Assembly: GCF_041886205.1 (NCBI RefSeq) | Contig: NZ_CP169029.1 | Source of the DNA: Escherichia coli | GTDB taxonomy: Bacteria; Pseudomonadota; Gammaproteobacteria; Enterobacterales; Enterobacteriaceae | Direction: 5' to 3' (one strand) | Length of the DNA stretch: 64,000 nucleotides | Part shown: piece after piece, positions 60,407 to 64,000 of the stretch | How positions within the stretch are numbered: the stretch's first letter is position 1 | Layout: the number at the start of each line of letters is the position of its first letter | The notes under the pieces: model-generated | The model's database searches: none | What the model saw: only the letters and a program-made list of their open reading frames with translations | What the model was told of the DNA's origin: nothing | Program-made: the position numbers and the translations under genes

Positions 60407-61378
60407 TTACTGTTGCAACTCTTTCTCAGTGAAGAGATCGGCAAACAATGCGGTGCTTAAATAACGCTCACCCGATGATGGTAGAATAACCACAATATTC
60501 TTGTTGGTAAAGCTTTCATCTTCTTGTAGTTTCAACGCTGCGGCAACAGCTGCTCCAGAAGAGATACCTGCAAGAATACCTTCTTCTTCCATTAGACGAC
60601 GGGCGGTAGAAATGGCTTCTTCATTGGTGATGCCAATGACTTTATCGACCAGCTTGAGATCGAGGTTAGCCGGGATAAAACCAGCGCCAATACCCTGAAT
60701 TTTATGCGGGCCAGGTTTAATCTCTTCACCTGCCAGCGCCTGGGCGATAACTGGAGAATCGGTTGGCTCAACGGCGACAGAGATAAGATCGGTCTTGCCT
60801 TTAGTGCCTTTAATGTAGCGGCTAACGCCAGTCAGCGTACCGCCAGTCCCAACGCCAGCAATAAATACATCAACCTGACCGTCGGTATCTTCCCAGATCT
60901 CCGGACCGGTGGTTTTTTCGTGAATTTCAGGGTTTGCCGGATTGCTGAATTGTTGCAGCAGCAGGTATTTATCTGGATTGCTGGCGACAATTTCTTCTGC
61001 TTTTTGGATTGCGCCTTTCATGCCTTTAGCACCTTCGGTCAGCACCAGGTTTGCACCTAACGCTTTCAGCAGCTTGCGGCGTTCAATACTCATGGTTTCT
61101 GGCATGGTCAGGGTAAGTTTGTAACCGCGAGCGGCAGCGACATAGGCCAGTGCAATCCCGGTATTACCGCTGGTTGGTTCAACCAGTTCAACGCCTGGTT
61201 TAAGCACGCCGCGCTTTTCGGCATCCCAAATCATGTTGGCACCGATACGGCACTTAACGCTGAAGCTGGGGTTACGAGATTCCACCTTCGCCAGAATGCG
61301 TCCGTTACCGATGCGATTCAGGCGAACCAGCGGCGTGTGACCGATAGTCAGCGAGTTATCTTCAAAAATCTTACTCAT
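60407..61378 (-). CDS. cysK: Cysteine synthase A (O-acetylserine sulfhydrylase A)
   Basis: 323 aa; recognised CysK. Confidence 0.95.
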   Translation of the reverse strand: MSKIFEDNSLTIGHTPLVRLNRIGNGRILAKVESRNPSFSVKCRIGANMIWDAEKRGVLKPGVELVEPTSGNTGIALAYVAAARGYKLTLTMPETMSIERRKLLKALGANLVLTEGAKGMKGAIQKAEEIVASNPDKYLLLQQFSNPANPEIHEKTTGPEIWEDTDGQVDVFIAGVGTGGTLTGVSRYIKGTKGKTDLISVAVEPTDSPVIAQALAGEEIKPGPHKIQGIGAGFIPANLDLKLVDKVIGITNEEAISTARRLMEEEGILAGISSGAAVAAALKLQEDESFTNKNIVVILPSSGERYLSTALFADLFTEKELQQ

Positions 61379-61562
61379 GGCCTGTCCTTAACTGTATGAA
61401 ATTGGGATACAACAGGTAGCATACCCGCTCAGAGAATATGCGGAAGTAAGGATTTAGCATATCTATATGCAGAAGGGAAATAATGACATGCAAGATGGAA
61501 TAAGGGGCGGCATAAGCCACCCCTGTTTCACACAAGCGGTTTACAAAATAACCGGTAGATTG

Positions 61563-62324
61563 TTACCGCCACATCGCGTGTTTATCGCGATAGCAATCGA
61601 CCCACATCGCCGTCGCGCCACAAACGGCAACGGGCATGATGAACAGATTAAGCAGAGGGATCATCGTAAACAGGCTGGTTAAAGCACCAAACTGCATATT
61701 GGTGATTTTGCGTGTGCGCAGGGCGGTGCGCATCTCTTTAAACGGCACTTTGTGGTTATCGAAGGGGTAATCGCAATACTGGATGGCTAACATCCAGGCG
61801 CTAAACAGGAACCACAGTACCGGCGCGACGGTTTGCCCAATACCAGGGATGAAGTAAAGAATTAGTAATACAATTGCGCGCGGCAGATACCAGGCAAATT
61901 TTTGCCATTCGCGTTTCATGATTCGCGGCACATCTTTCATGATACCGAAAATCCCGGTATCTGGCGGTGTAGCGCCAGTCAATCGTGCTTCCAGTTGTTC
62001 AGCCAATAAACCGTTAAACGGAGCGGCAATCCAGTTAGCAATCGTGGAGAAGAAATAGCCAAACACTAACAGCACAGAGATGACAGCCAGAGGCCACAAC
62101 AGATAGCTCAGCCATTGTAACCAGTCCGGAACATAACTCATGAGAGTCGGGATCCAGACATCGAGTTGCGTAAAGAGCCACCAGAATGCGCCCCCCATCA
62201 ACAAAATATTGACCAGCAGCGGTAAAATAACGAAACGCCGAATCCCAGGTTGCGAGACGAGCTTCCAGCCTTGCGCAAAATAGTAAAAACCGCTGCGTGG
62301 GGCAGATGTGAATGATGAAACCAT
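61563..62324 (-). CDS. cysZ: Sulfate transporter CysZ
   Basis: 253 aa polytopic membrane protein; recognised CysZ. Confidence 0.92.
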
Positions 62325-62553
62325 AATCAGGATGAGCTCCTTTTGACCAATCCCAGGAAAATTCTGCGTATTTTACCGGGTAATTGCGCAATGGACAGTT
62401 AGGATATGTTCGAAAAAACAGCAAAAAGCACGATTTCATCTATCTTTGTGCTGTGAAAGTTAATAGTGCACTTGCACTTGAGGTAATCGGCAAATACTCT
62501 TAGTGAGTAAATGTTTGCCGTGGTGGCAAGGTGTTAGAACAACAGAGAATATA

Positions 62554-63540
62554 ATGATGCAGGATTTGCGTCTGATATTAATCATTGTTGGCGCGATCGC
62601 CATAATCGCTTTACTGGTACATGGTTTCTGGACCAGCCGTAAAGAACGATCTTCTATGTTCCGCGATCGGCCATTAAAACGAATGAAGTCAAAACGTGAC
62701 GACGATTCTTATGACGAGGATGTCGAAGATGATGAGGGCGTTGGTGAGGTTCGAGTTCACCGCGTGAATCATGCCCCGGCTAACGCCCAGGAGCATGAGG
62801 CTGCTCGTCCGTCGCCGCAACACCAGTACCAACCGCCTTATGCGTCTGCCCAGCCGCGTCAACCGGTCCAGCAGCCGCCTGAAGCGCAGGTACCGCCGCA
62901 ACATGCTCCGCGTCCAGCGCAGCCGGTGCAGCAGCCTGCCTATCAGCCGCAGCCTGAACAGCCGTTGCAGCAGCCAGTTTCGCCACAGGTCGCATCAGCG
63001 CCGCAGCCAGTGCATTCAGCACCGCAACCGGCACAACAGGCTTTCCAGCCTGCAGAACCTGTAGCGGCACCACAGCCTGAGCCTGTAGCGGAACCGGCTC
63101 CAGTTATGGATAAACCGAAGCGCAAAGAAGCGGTGGTTATCATGAACGTCGCGGCGCATCACGGTAGCGAGCTAAACGGTGAACTGCTTCTTAACAGCAT
63201 TCAACAAGCGGGCTTCATTTTTGGCGATATGAATATTTACCATCGTCATCTTAGCCCGGATGGCAGCGGCCCGGCGTTATTTAGCCTGGCGAATATGGTG
63301 AAACCGGGAACCTTTGATCCTGAAATGAAGGATTTCACTACTCCGGGTGTCACTATCTTTATGCAGGTACCGTCTTACGGTGACGAGCTGCAGAACTTCA
63401 AGCTGATGCTGCAATCTGCGCAGCATATTGCCGATGAAGTCGGCGGTGTAGTGCTTGACGATCAGCGCCGTATGATGACTCCGCAGAAATTGCGCGAGTA
63501 CCAGGACATCATCCGCGAAGTCAAAGACGCCAACGCCTGA
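62554..63540 (+). CDS. zipA: Cell division protein ZipA
   Basis: 328 aa from [26 protein letters not shown] (N-terminal TM anchor), long P/Q-rich linker, C-terminal FtsZ-binding domain; ORF track extends 17 codons upstream. Confidence 0.92.
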   Translation: MMQDLRLILIIVGAIAIIALLVHGFWTSRKERSSMFRDRPLKRMKSKRDDDSYDEDVEDDEGVGEVRVHRVNHAPANAQEHEAARPSPQHQYQPPYASAQPRQPVQQPPEAQVPPQHAPRPAQPVQQPAYQPQPEQPLQQPVSPQVASAPQPVHSAPQPAQQAFQPAEPVAAPQPEPVAEPAPVMDKPKRKEAVVIMNVAAHHGSELNGELLLNSIQQAGFIFGDMNIYHRHLSPDGSGPALFSLANMVKPGTFDPEMKDFTTPGVTIFMQVPSYGDELQNFKLMLQSAQHIADEVGGVVLDDQRRMMTPQKLREYQDIIREVKDANA

Positions 63541-63570
63541 TACACTTAAGGCAAATTAACTCCTCTTCGA

Positions 63571-63594
63571 ACCCCCGCTTGTCGGGGGTTTTTA
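63571..63594 (+). terminator. Rho-independent terminator downstream of zipA
   Basis: acccccg-cttgt-cgggggt followed by TTTTT. Confidence 0.7.
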
Positions 63595-63601
63595 GCATTG
63601 A

Positions 63602-64000
<399 letters not shown>

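Overview
This window reads as an ordinary, well-characterised stretch of Escherichia coli-type core chromosome, and I do not find an undescribed biological system in it. Gene identities are my recognition of the translated ORF-track proteins and their motifs; no database search was run. In order it holds hyfA (5' partial), bcp-gcvR, dapA-bamC, purC, ypfJ-tmcA-ypfH, ypfN-dapE-yffB, ypfM, acrD, narQ, aegA, nudK, ypfG, tktB-talA, maeB, the complete 17-gene ethanolamine-utilisation (eut) microcompartment operon eutSPQTDMNEJGHABCLKR, hemF-amiA, ypeA-yfeZ-yfeY-yfeX, yfeW-murP-murQ, murR, ucpA, cysPUWAM, yfeK, pdxK, crr-ptsI-ptsH, cysK, cysZ, zipA and the start of ligA. Coding density is high, every gap over 150 bp is explained by promoters, terminators or REP/BIME repeats, and I see no rRNA, tRNA, CRISPR array, IS element, integrase or prophage. 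The most notable points are comparative: from memory of the K-12 MG1655 map, this window lacks the CPZ-55 prophage that splits eutA from eutB in K-12, and appears to lack yfeS between cysM and yfeK. Other items worth a look are a 100-bp-period BIME array inside the eut operon, a 28-bp perfect palindrome downstream of maeB, and stem-loops at eutM/eutN, eutK/eutR and cysA/cysM. Coordinates of sites read directly from the sequence text are approximate to a few bp.
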